The notes beneath the pieces are model-generated. The model did not search any database, had not been told where the DNA came from, and saw only the letters and a list, made by a program, of their open reading frames with translations. 64,000 nucleotides of DNA. Origin: Phoronis australis. Its lineage: Eukaryota; Animalia; Phoronida. Position numbers and translations under genes: made by a program. Positions 1 to 12,600 of this stretch are shown piece after piece. The stretch spans positions 301,056 through 365,055 of the forward strand of contig NMRA01000336.1 in NCBI GenBank assembly GCA_002633005.1, in the 5' to 3' direction. Numbering within the stretch: the first letter of the stretch is position 1; each line of letters opens with the position of its first letter.

Positions 1-384
1 TTTTTAGCCCTATTTCGGGGTGCGCATGCGCCACGTCCAATATTTCCGCCATCTTTAACCGGAAGTCAACGATTTTCTGCACAATTGTAGCACATGCGTT
101 CTAGTATATTCGTACCGATTTTCAGCCATGTAGGTCGAAAAATGCGGCCTCTACGTGTATTTGACTGTGAAATCGGATACAAAATGGCCGCCACGTCCGC
201 CATTTTGTATCCGATCATGACCAAAAACAATAGCGTTCCAGTGATTCCCGATCTACATGTTGTGTGCAAATTTCGTGAAAATCGGACCAGAATTGCGACC
301 TGTAGAGAGCGAACAAACAAAAAAAAAAAAAAAAACTTGCTGTCAGAGCAACATACTTGGCGGAAGAATTCCGCCAAGTAAAAA
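1..384. mobile_element. Terminus of a Helentron/HINE-like non-autonomous element
   Basis: 12-bp stem hairpin TACTTGGCGGAA-gaa-TTCCGCCAAGTA (354-380) next to an A-run, an AAAC microsatellite and repeated gccacgtcc / ccgccat motifs. Confidence 0.5.
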
Positions 385-603
385 CGGAACGTGTTACCCC
401 CCTCGTTCACTACCAATCCTAGCTCGAACTCAGTATAGTCAGGCAGTCCTTCCGCTTCACGTTTTGCTGGTTTATTTTGCTTGCGGTAGTCAAGGGGGGG
501 GGAGCAGGGGTAATTTTGAAATGGGTGATCTGATTATACTGAAATGTCATAAGGTCGGATGGAGAGATGATGCAATTATGTATCATAATTTTGTTTTTTC
601 AAG

Positions 604-699
604 ATGAAGTTCCATGTGATGGTGAATCAACGTTTACAATAGGCGATTATGCTACTGGAGATGGCAATTCTTCTATGGGGATTTTCAGAGAGATTGTAG
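604..699 (+). CDS. Methyltransferase exon (SAM-binding motif I)
   Basis: tttttcaag|AT...GTAG|gtaggt; encodes [14 protein letters not shown]. Confidence 0.85.
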
Positions 700-3600
700 G
701 TAGGTAATGCATTTTTACCTTAGAAAGTGAATGTGAATAAAATGTTATGCACTAACCAAGTGGTAAGTAACAATCTGTCAGATTTCGAGCTGGCATGTTT
801 TGTATGCATGCACACTGGGTTTCATTTTAGGTTCGTCTTAGTGCACATGCAAATCTTCACAAAAAATGCGCAGTAAGGGAGACCTAGGCGCCTGCCCCTA
901 TTATCATAAAAACTATCATACAGTGGAAGTTATTTGTTATTCGGGTGTCTAGAAAGTTGTCAGGTTTGAATCCGTTTATAATTGGTTAACCCTTTAGATT
1001 GGTTTGAATTGTTTTGAAGTCGAACTAGACGAGATTTTTCGAGTTGGTATCAAGTTTTCTTTTTTCTTTTCATCAAACACTTCTATTTTTAATTGACTTT
1101 TTATTGTCAAAGTTAATACTTAAAAGTATTAACTTTGACAAAAGTAGGTCTTGCGACTATGGATGATTATAAAATTAATGCTAATCATAAAGAGTGTCGT
1201 GACCTATATTTCCCAGAATTGCCAGAGGAGATGGAAACTGAAATGTTGCTGCCAGACTTGACAATGGATGGTCGTATACGTCAGTATCTCATTGCTTCTA
1301 ATCGGAGAACTGAGCTGTTCAATAAAACCTTGACATGTGTTTCTACATCCATCTAGAGTTGTCCCCTCCTTTCTATTTACAATTCAAATATCAAATGAGG
1401 TCATTTGCATTTGGTTTGACAATATTTCAGAATTTCCAAGCACTCCGATTTAATTTTTCCCCAATTGTTTGATAACGGATGGAGAGATCGTAGTTTTTAT
1501 ACCTCACATTTGTAGTTTTTTTTTAGTTTTAGCAGTCCTTTTTAGAGTGATGGCATATTTAAGGGTAGTTGCAGTAGTTTGCTTTCTCTCTACAAAGTAC
1601 CATCGCGAAATGTGAAAAACATAGTGAATAGATCGTGCCATTTTTATGTTTTGTGTCTACAAAGAGTTTTGGTAAGTGTTAACGAGTGCACAACTTGCAC
1701 TAAATTTCAGATGAGTCTGACTGCTCGTGTGTTCATAACCATGGATATTGTTAATTTCAGTATTCACTTTTGTATTCACTTCAAGTGCATCGGTCTTGAA
1801 GATTCATTGTAAACAACATTCAATTTGAGCAGCTATAGTCTGCCTCAAGATGCGAACTAGTTTTGGCGTAGACCACTCATCACTCTAAAACTTTTTGTAC
1901 TCTTTATACAGATAAAGGCAATTTCTGGCTTTACCGAGAAATAATGGTATTACTTGGCAACATGCTCATCACATTAAGTGTCACGTTGCCATGACATGCC
2001 ATCTTGTCAAGCTTAGCTGTCTATAGTTTTCTGTCACTTCTTTTGAATCTCTGACATTCTAATTTGGCTAAGGAACAATTAGAGACAAGTTTCACAGTGG
2101 TATGCAGTTTTTAGTGATGAAAGTAGCTAAGGGTTTATTGTTGCTTAAAGAAAACATGATTGTCATCGATTGTTGTGCCCCCAAGTGGTAATTTTAGTTT
2201 TCTTTGTGGTTGTCTCAGTGTCTGTCTACTGTCTACCAAGGTTGCATTCGTTAGTTTTCTGGTGACTTGCGCTGTGACCATAAGACGCAATTTCAAGTAA
2301 ACTAGTTTTGTTCTCTTTGGTACTTGAAAATGCTTGAAAAAATTAGCACTCTTTCTGTGCCCTTTATGATGAACATGGTTAAGGCGCATATCAATGCTCT
2401 GTGTTGTTCTTGTATACATTGTACCCACTATCATGCTGAGACAAAAATGTCTGTCAGAACTGATGTCCGGAAGTATCTCAATGAAATTGACCCCAATAAG
2501 AATGATGGCACAGCTTTAATAACCAGCAAGATGATCAAAATGATTGCCAACGAAATTACCATGCCCCTGACCAATCTGTTTTACAAACTTCTTCAGCTAG
2601 GCATTTATCCGTCTTCTTGGAAACATGGAATTATGGTCCCCATACACAAAAAAGGCTCCAAAACTGAAATTTCAAATTATCGCCCAATAACATTACTTAA
2701 CACCCTGTCCAAAATCTTTGAGAAGATCATTGCTNNNNNNNNNNNNNNNNNNNNNNNNNNNNNNNNNNNNNNNNNNNNNNNNNNNNNNNNNNNNNNNNNN
2801 NNNNNNNNNNNNNNNNNNNNNNNNNNNNNNNNNNNNNNNNNNNNNNNNNNNNNNNNNNNNNNNNNNNNNNNNNNNNNNNNNNNNNNNNNNNNNNNNNNNN
2901 NNNNNNNNNNNNNNNNNNNNNNNNNNNNNNNNNNNNNNNNNNNNNNNNNNNNNNNNNNNNNNNNNNNNNNNNNNNNNNNNNNNNNNNNNNNNNNNNNNNN
3001 NNNNNNNNNNNNNNNNNNNNNNNNNNNNNNNNNNNNNNNNNNNNNNNNNNNNNNNNNNNNNNNNNNNNNNNNNNNNNNNNNNNNNNNNNNNNNNNNNNNN
3101 NNNNNNNNNNNNNNNNNNNNNNNNNNNNNNNNNNNNNNNNNNNNNNNNNNNNNNNNNNNNNNNNNNNNNNNNNNNNNNNNNNNNNNNNNNNNNNNNNNNN
3201 NNNNNNNNNNNNNNNNNNNNNNNNNNNNNNNNNNNNNNNNNNNNNTGAGAGACTCACTCTTTCGTGCACTCAATGATAACCAATCAATTGTTAACGCTCT
3301 CAATTCTTGTAATAATATCCCTACTAGAGTTACATTATTACTGAATGGTAGTCCTAACCTTGACTTTGTTCTTAACGAATTCCTCCTAAGCAACGTTGGC
3401 AAATTTTTATATACCGTTTATCAATATTGTTGCATCTGATTTCCCTACATGAATCTGTAAATATTTTTGTTTTTATATATATATAGCTGTAATAGCATGT
3501 CTTAAGTATTGGAATACTTATTTTAGATACTACTTAATTGTATATATCTCTATGTATATAAGTTTCATTTATGAATTGTTTACAACCCAGATATAATGCT

Positions 3601-6600
3601 TCGCGGTTTCTGGGTTTGTTATTATTTCTTTGTATGCTCTGTGTATCCTTCAATAAATATATATCACAGTGAAACTGTTTCGTATAACATGATATTCTTT
3701 CTATTAAGGAACTTTACGGTCTCGGTACGGTGATGAACTGCCCATTCAAGTATTATATGAGGACCAGCCTATGAATGACTACAAGTCCCTCGTACGGAGA
3801 ATTACTGGTAATTTCTTTTTCATAGTTCACGACCATTTCACATTTCTTTGATTGCGCACAAATCAGTTACAAAACTTATTCGTTGTATTTATACGTCACT
3901 TGCACAGCACAGTTGTTGTTACAAAAGTAACACACGTGATCATTTGGACAGGTCTGACATCTAGATGAACTTAATAAGCTATTAGTTTCAGCGAGAATTT
4001 CACAATGATCGTCCTCCATCATGGCCCACAAACATTTGTTGCTCACAAAAGCAAAAAGTGCTTTTTGGTGAAATTGGGGCTATTCATAGTGCTGGTCAAG
4101 GATTTACGGAAAAAAGAACAAAGAAGTGGTCACTACATGATGCAACATGCTATAAACAGTCCCACTAAATAAGATTGGTCCTAACCCCGCTTGTTAAGGT
4201 AAACGGTGGGGTATGGAAAATTGAACTAGACCGTATTTATCCACCTTGGCTGAGTCGCGCTCGGCTCACGATCAAAGGGATGCCGCCAAGCTGCTCTATT
4301 CATCGAGTCACGAGCGAGGATAATTGGCTTTGCTCATGCGGATATGATCAGCTGATTACAATCTACCTAGTAGACTGTACTTTTTATGGAGAGAGTTTTA
4401 AGTAGTTTTTACTGTAATATTTGAAAAGAGGAGCGAAAACAAATATGAGTACAACTTTGAATTTTTCAAATCAGCCCAGGATAAGAGATTTTGCAACACA
4501 GCAACACTCATGATTACTTTCAATCGGCGCGCACGAATACAAAAATATGGGACCCAAGTTATTTAGATTTTGGAACACTTGCATTGCAATATTCAAAATG
4601 CGTTTATTATGAATCTTACAAGCTGTAAAACGACGTTGTTTAATTTCATTGTGCTCATTCATTGTCATCCGTTAAATCGGCAATTGCCGAGATGTGATCT
4701 GTGGCGTGCAAGTATATGTACAAAACACGTGATTGTTATGTTCCTGAAGTACGAAAATTAAGAAACTTTAGCATGCCGTTATTATTGACAGGGACACGAT
4801 AAAACGAATTTGGATTTTGACTATAGTCTTGATACAGCGAGCTGGCTGACCACTGCGTCAGTGTCTCCGTTAGACCCAGAAATTTCACACAGCCCGGGTA
4901 GTTCACTTCGTCCCCAACATGTAGATCGAGCCTTGGACTATTAATACTCCACGGTAGAGCCAACGATCGTCGGCCTGTGCACACAAAATCTGTGAGTTAA
5001 CCAGCACTCACCTTGCATGTTGCAGCCGTTTAAATGAAAAAACAATCTAGTAAACGCCATTTTCCTGCATAATCCCACACACGCACGCTCCGGCACTCAC
5101 TCTCATATGCAGACGAACTTCAAAATAAATGTCACGTGACAACAACATGTGTGTTCATCCAGAGATTTTTCTCGTGTTGTGGGGTACGATGTAGCGCAGA
5201 TTTGGACTTAATCGCAATTAATCTGGACTCCACATGAACTTGAAAAATTGTAAAACATAAGGAAGATTTCAGGTAATTTGTTGAGTCGAAACTATATTGG
5301 ATTGTAATCTTTAACTCACTAACAAATATCGAGTTAAACATTCAGCATTCATTGATGTAACTGTCACTGTTAAACCTTTTAGAAATTATTCCAAACAATA
5401 ATACTGCTTTGATGTACGAAAAGATCCCGAGTGCTACATCAAGTATTGTAATACACATCACAACAAACAAAGATTAACCCGACTGGCAACTGCCGCAAAG
5501 CCGACATCGGCAAGTTCCTCAGTTAACAGGCATCAGTAAAATAAACATGGAATAATCATTAAAATAATCACAAATCTTACCTTTCTATAAGGTCCTGCTT
5601 ACTTTCTCTCATAGAACCATCTTTTTCACGCAATCTCAGATTCAGTTGGCACGGCTACAAGCCATTTCACCATGTATTTAAAGGGCTCGCGAAATCGAGG
5701 CTGACCACTAGTACACACGCACCCTCTAGTTAATGTAAATTTTCCAAATAGCCCCATTAGGCCGAAAGTCTTTTAAAGCTACATCTTGCCTTGTTTAGCC
5801 GCAACTTTAAACATAGTCCGAGTAATCTAACCCAAAGAATTTCAGTGTTTAAAAGTGTTACTATGTTTAAGCAACCATGAAAATCGTAACACTAAACATT
5901 TTCCACTTTAATAATGTACGTCAAAAAGACGCTATTCCTAAGTAATGCATAAAAGTCCTAAATCCTGAAAAGCAACATAAGAAACAACACACACTAAAAT
6001 GTTTTTAAACGCAACAGAACTGCGCATCGGACCATATTAGGAAGCCTCGGTTTTGGGAAACTTTTTAAAAAGTAATTCTTTTTCGGAGTAATGGACCTAT
6101 GGTGTAGTGGCTTGTTACCATCAAGCACAAATTTATCCACTACAGCACAGGCAATTCATTTAATTCATGAACTGACAATAATGCTTTCTTAATATTACTC
6201 CAGGTGTTAATTGCAATGCTTATACAACTACACAATGTTGCAGCGGGATGAGGGAGGTAATTCGCGTTCACATTCATGCACAATGTTTTACAGGAAATCT
6301 ACCGAATGCTGATCCATCTTTTATCAAAGAATTTGTCAACGTTTATCCCCTCATCTCTCCTACTAACTTCCATGAAGTCTGTATAGCACCGGAGTCACTA
6401 GATCTTGGATTCTCGCTTTCTTCAATGCAGTATCTCAGTACCTTGTAAGTTCCATCCTGTGTTTATCAGAAATATGTATTGTTAATACTGTACATTCAGT
6501 GCACAGTGTTGTCCTTGGAAACCATCCAACACTTCTGTTTACATTTTATGTTGCTTTGTAATATTTTATTGTGTTTGCTACCACAAGCTTTTAGTTCATG

Positions 6601-9600
6601 ATAACCAGTTTTCAATCTTCCATTGGACTAAGTATACTTTCAGCTGAGGGTGGCATAGTTAATGTTTTGCCCCCCCCCCATGACTATGGTCACTCCGTTA
6701 CTTGATAATTGCTATATACTGAATAATTGCATAGAGTATTAGCCAAAAGCTCAAAGTAACATAACTTATGATGGTGGAATGATTATACATCTAGGTATTG
6801 ACAAAACTGTGATTATAAGGCTTGTTATGATACTGAACTTGTTATGATACTGAATCGTAAAACAATGTTTCAGTTCAAATCTGTGAAAATAGCAATTGTG
6901 TTAGTTATGGTAAACCAGGACACATTACCTTTTAACATTTTCCTAGGCCCTGCAAAATTACGGGTGGTACTCATTCGACCCAGATTACAGATTCGACGGA
7001 AAAGGTGCAAATTCGCGACCACGCTGCTCAGGAATGGGAGTCCATGTTAAAGAATAGAGCTGTTGAGTTAAAGAAAGGTGACTACTCGTTGTGGTTGTAA
7101 GTCAAGTGGCTAAGTAATATGGATATGGTCATATGATTAAATAAATTGAGCTAAAATAAAGTGCTCTTTCAAATTGTGACCTGTGGGGATACAGGTGATT
7201 TGAACTTCGGAGAGAACTTTTCAATTACTAGGATGATTTTTAGGGCCTCGTGGGGGGAATTTCAGGGGATTTTTCAATAGTTTAAGAGGGGAATAAGGCT
7301 GATATTTGGCCCCAAAATCGAGGAATTGAGGGCCCTGTCTTTTTTGGAAAGAAACATGCATCATCTTTCAACCCGTTGTTATGAAAACACAGCCTGGCTG
7401 ACCAAAGATTCTCCGGTCGTTGCTATGACGCTCGGCAACCGAGATGCGACAAAATATGATCTAACTCTCCAAAAACATTTATAAATTTTACACGGACATA
7501 TTTTCCTTCATTGCGCTACCTAACGCTTCCGAATTTCAACGTCCTCAGGGTTTGTAAAACAGACAGTTCAGTGTCCGTATTTTTTCTAGCTGTTCGAGCA
7601 ACGCGGAATACCAGTACGCCGATAAGTCAACAGAGATATTGTAGCGGGCCTCATTTTGGAACACGCCTCCTGTCGGCGTGAATTAGGTCTATATGGATGT
7701 GATACTGGAGAATAGGTTCGTCATTGGTCTCTAGAGGCATTGTATATAAAATTTCACTTACTTAGAGACGTGGTTGGTTGTTGGCAGACGTTTCGACCTT
7801 TTCCGCCAGGTCTTTGTCTTTTAAGAATGCTGGAGTCCACCTATCCCCCGTGTACTCCAGCATTCTTAATGAGCGTAAGGCAGGAAATCCCTTATTCATC
7901 GACAAAGACCTGGTGGACCAGGTCGAAACGTCTGCCAACAACCAACCACATCTCTAAGTAAGTGAACATTTTATATACGTATTTTCATAAAATTTGGCAT
8001 TTAGGCATCTATTAGTGTGATGACACTATCCTCCTGATTTCGGATGGGTTTAATGTAGTTTGCACCACCTAGTGCCCATTTTTACTGCTTTCGAGTCTTT
8101 TTTTTTGGTATTCACCCCTCTATCAACCAAACCGCTCTAAGTGTCGCTATCAAATTTTCTGTGTAAAGTCTCACATGCTATGAACAGTCCCACTAAATAA
8201 GATTGGTCCTAACTCCGGTCGTCAAGGTAAACGGTGGGGTATGGAAAATTGAACTAGACGGTATTTATCCACCTTGGCTGAGTCGCGCTCGGCTCACTAT
8301 CGAAGGGATGCCGCCAAGCTGCTCTATTCATCGAGTCACGAGCGAGGATAATTGGCTTCGCTCATGCGGATATGATCAGCTGATTACAATCTACCTAGCA
8401 GACTGTACTTTTTATGGAGAGAGTTACAAGTAGTTTTTACTGTAATATTTGAAACGAGGAGCGAAAACAAATATGAGTACAACTTTGAATTTTTCAAATC
8501 AGCCCAGGATAAGAGATTTTGCAACACAGCAACACTCATGATTACTTTCAATCGGCGCGCACGAATACAAAATTATGGGACCCAAGTTATTTAGATTTTG
8601 GAACACTTGCATTGCAATATTCAAAATACGTTTATTATGAATCTTACAAGCTGTAAAACGACGTTGTTTAATTTCATTGTGCTCATTCATTGTCATCCGT
8701 CAAATCGGCAATTTCCGAGATGTGATCTGCGGCGTGCGCGTACGTGTACAAAACACGTGATTGTTATGTTCCTGAAGTACGAAAATTAAGAAACTTTAGC
8801 ATGCCGTTATTATTGACAGGGACACGATAAAACGAATTTGGATTTTGACTATAGCCTTCATGCAGCGAGCTGGCTGACCACTGCGTCAGTGTCTCCGTTA
8901 GACCCAGAAATTTCACACAGCCCGGGTAGTTCACTTCATCCCCAACATGTAGATCGAGCCTTGGACTATTAATAATCCACGGTAGAGCTAACGACCGTCG
9001 GCCTGTGCACACAAAATCTGTGAGTTAACCAGCACTCACCTTGCACGTTGCAGCCATTTAAATGAAAAAACAATCTTAGTAAACGCCATTTTCCTGCATA
9101 ATCCTCCGCCTTTTGTAACAAAAAAGTCTATCGTCGATGACCCACACACGCACGCTCCGGCACTCACTCTCATACGCAGACGAACTTCAAAACAAATGTC
9201 ACGTGACAACAACATGTGTGTTCATCCAGAGATTTTTCTCGTGTTGTGGGGTACGATGTTGCGCAGATTTGCACTTAATCGCAATTAATCTGGACTCCAC
9301 ATGAACATTAAAAATTGTAGAACATATGGAAGATTTCAGGTAATTTGTTGAGTCGAAACTATATTTTTATTCAAGAGTTCAAGTTTTCCTATTGACGATG
9401 GCGATTCAGCGACGCATCAGTCGGCAAGTTTTTGCTCTGTGATGAGCACAATTTTTTGAAAAATTATCGTAATTTAACAACGGAAGTTCATAGCAATGCA
9501 CCACAATTTTGTAGAAAGACTGTCATAGGCTAAAAATACGTCACAGAGCGTAAATTTTATGAATCCTAGCTTCCGATTTTACCGTTTGGGAAACCGGCTT

Positions 9601-12600
9601 TCAACTGCCATAGGCTACAATAAGAATCCCCTCCCCGTGAAATGAATTTTTCTAAGCGTTTATTAGAGCCAATACAGTATACAGCTTTCCACCAAGGCTA
9701 GGTGATGCTATGCATTACTAACTGGTCTTGGCTAATTATCATTTGATGGCCTGGTCATCCATTCAGCCAAAAGTAGTTCTAGAGGTGGCTTATCAGCCAA
9801 TTATTCACGCATGCTGACTCACAATAGAAGCCTGATAAGAGTGAAGGTGGATAAATGCAGTGTTCCTACAGTTTCTTGTGTTAGTGGATGTGTTCACAGC
9901 ATGATAATGTTTGCTTTGTTCAGTGGTGTTTTACTGGTTAGGCAGTTCACAATCACTATGCGCCCACATATATGTTTTTTACGCTTACCTCTATATCTTC
10001 AAAAGTCCTAAACTTATTTTCATAAAATTTGGCATATTGGCATCTGTTAGTAAGATGACCCTATCCTCCTATTTTTGAATGGATTTGACATAGTTTGCGC
10101 CACCTAGTGGCCATTTTTGCTGTTTTTGAGTCTTGTTTTTTTGCATCCACCCCTCTATCAACCAAACCCCTCTAAGTATGATCGTGGAAATTGGCATGTA
10201 TGTTTTTATTATAAAGAGGACGGCTGACGATTTCGACTACTGTGGCACCCCCTAGTGGCAGTTTTGTCTGCGCTCATGGCTGTATTTCCTAAACGGTTTG
10301 CAGCATATTTGCTTAATTTAGCAAGTGTATTTATATGATGTTAACAACGGATTGCAACAACTTTCGGACGGATCTGACTACCAGTGTGCCCCCTAGTGGC
10401 AATTTTCATTTTTAGACTTACCTCTGTCTTCAAAGGTCCTCAACGGATTATCAGAAAGTTTTGAATATAGGCATTTATTGGTGAGATGATGCTATCCTCC
10501 CGCTTTTGGATGGAATCGAGGAACCTTTGTGCCACCTAGTGGCCATTTTTCGAGTCTTGTTGTTTGGCGTTCACCCCTCAATCAACCAAACCATTCTGAG
10601 GATGACTTTGAAAATTGGTGTATATGTTCTCAGTGTGAAGAGGACGGTTGACGATAACGCATTCGTCTACTGTAGTGCCTCCTAGTGGTAGTTTTGTTTT
10701 GTTTTGCACCCATAGCTGCATCTCCTAAACTTACTGCAGGATCTTTATTAAATTTAGTGCTATTCAGCTTTAAATGAGAAAATTTTGTAACTTTTGATTA
10801 TGGGCCATGACCAAACATCCAGGAGACCATGTTTTTGTTAAGTAAGGTTTAGTATTTTTGAAGTCTTTCTTTAGTCTGGCTATAAAATGTTGTTTTGATA
10901 AGTTCAATCCAGGACTGGTTTTTTTACATTGAGGCCTGTTGGCCTACATGTTTTAATATTCTAAGAAATAAAAAGTTGACACTGACGGTGGTGATGACTA
11001 CATTGTTGAGTTGATAACGCACACACTGCTAAAAAATCAAAATAATCTATAGTCTCCTTTGTGTACAGTGTCACTGGTAGGATACCTTAATTAAAACTTT
11101 TTAGAGGTTTATTTTCTGCATAGACTAGTAGATGGACCACCAACTCCGTATATTTTCAGTGGACGAAATCTGTGATCTTACGCATTAGCCGTGATGTCAT
11201 TATTCACTAGTGACACCTGGCAAAATTTTTTACTTCTCATGAGTACACCATCTGCTAATCATGCTCGTGTGGTGGGTGCTAAAAGTACTCACGATACCAA
11301 CAGTTCTATTTTTTGAAAGCCTTTGAACAGAGTTTCAATGCCAAAGTTATTATTTTTTCGTTGTTGTGGACAATAAAATAGATTCAAGAGTTTTACATCA
11401 CAATACTGAAAACTGAAATTCGTAATTTAGGAGAGTGGCACCTCTTCTGTGATAGTACATAAGAAAATGTCGTAGTTGCGAAGCTGTTGCCTATAATCTA
11501 TGTTTTCACTGAGTTTTAGTATCTGACTCAATTTAAATCTGTTATTAATCATATTTTGGTGTTACAAATGTTTTTCATATCCAGTTTCACTCTTAACGGT
11601 TGTGTAAATTCAAACTTGTGACAATAAATTGCCTTAAGCAGTTGTAAAGCAGCTGTCACATTGTGCACGCTCGTTTATAATCACATTACCACCAGTTTTT
11701 CAGCAGTATTTTTGCTATGGATATGAACTTCTAAAAAATGTAATTTCCCGTTGACTTGTGTTCCAAGTATTTGTCCTTGCTGTCAATACATTTTCTAAGA
11801 TTTTTTATTTTGGTATAACAACAGAGATATCAACGAACAAAGTATCATTTTAAATTATCGCAAAAAGTTTTTATTTTGGATGATCGGTACCTGCGTTGTT
11901 CAAAGCAAAGTAAAAATCTGAGACGCGATATTATTCTACCAGTGGAGCATAACACAGGAGCACATTTTTAGGCTTATCGACCCACTCCTAACAACTCATA
12001 AATATTGTTCAAAACTGATGGAAGTGTCAAAAATCAAAAGGTTTGAAAATGGCTGATAAAGACAGTCACTTCTCTCGCACTTAAAATGCATTGAATTCTT
12101 CCCAGACAAGTTACACATATGGCGTCTAAATGATCATGGAACTACGTGCTACTGTTGCTATTTTGTTTTTGTTATAGGTGGTCATTTTGTCATCGAGGCA
12201 ATGGGCATGGACAATCAAGGTAGATATAGTGGAAACTACCTCAGTAAAGTCGATATGTTTGCTAATTTCACAAGAGTATGGAAGAAGATGGAATTAGAAG
12301 GATTGATTAATGAGGTAGGCAAGCCAGCCATTATAACACGCATGTGCTTGAACATTTTCTTTCACATACTTCGTGCTGCTCTAGTGAAGTTCTATTAAAA
12401 AAATTGCTATTGGTATCTAATAGCCTCCGTTTCCAAATATCTAGCTTAGTAAGATGATCTGGTGGTATTAAACGAACAAATTTGGAAAATATTTTAGTTG
12501 TCCCTACCTCCCTTCTTCCTAGCACTCACCCTCAATACATGTCAAAATCTTACATGGATGTCAAACAACTAGTTAGGTGTACACATTACTACTACATCAA

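Noticed and set aside
2324-3439. Long ORFs crossing the N run
   Set aside because: Their length is an artefact of the gap; only the flanks are LINE-derived
5580-5700. Minus-strand exon-like piece [22 protein letters not shown]|gtaag, weakly SAP-like
   Set aside because: In-frame stop just upstream, no partner exon found, and similarity too weak
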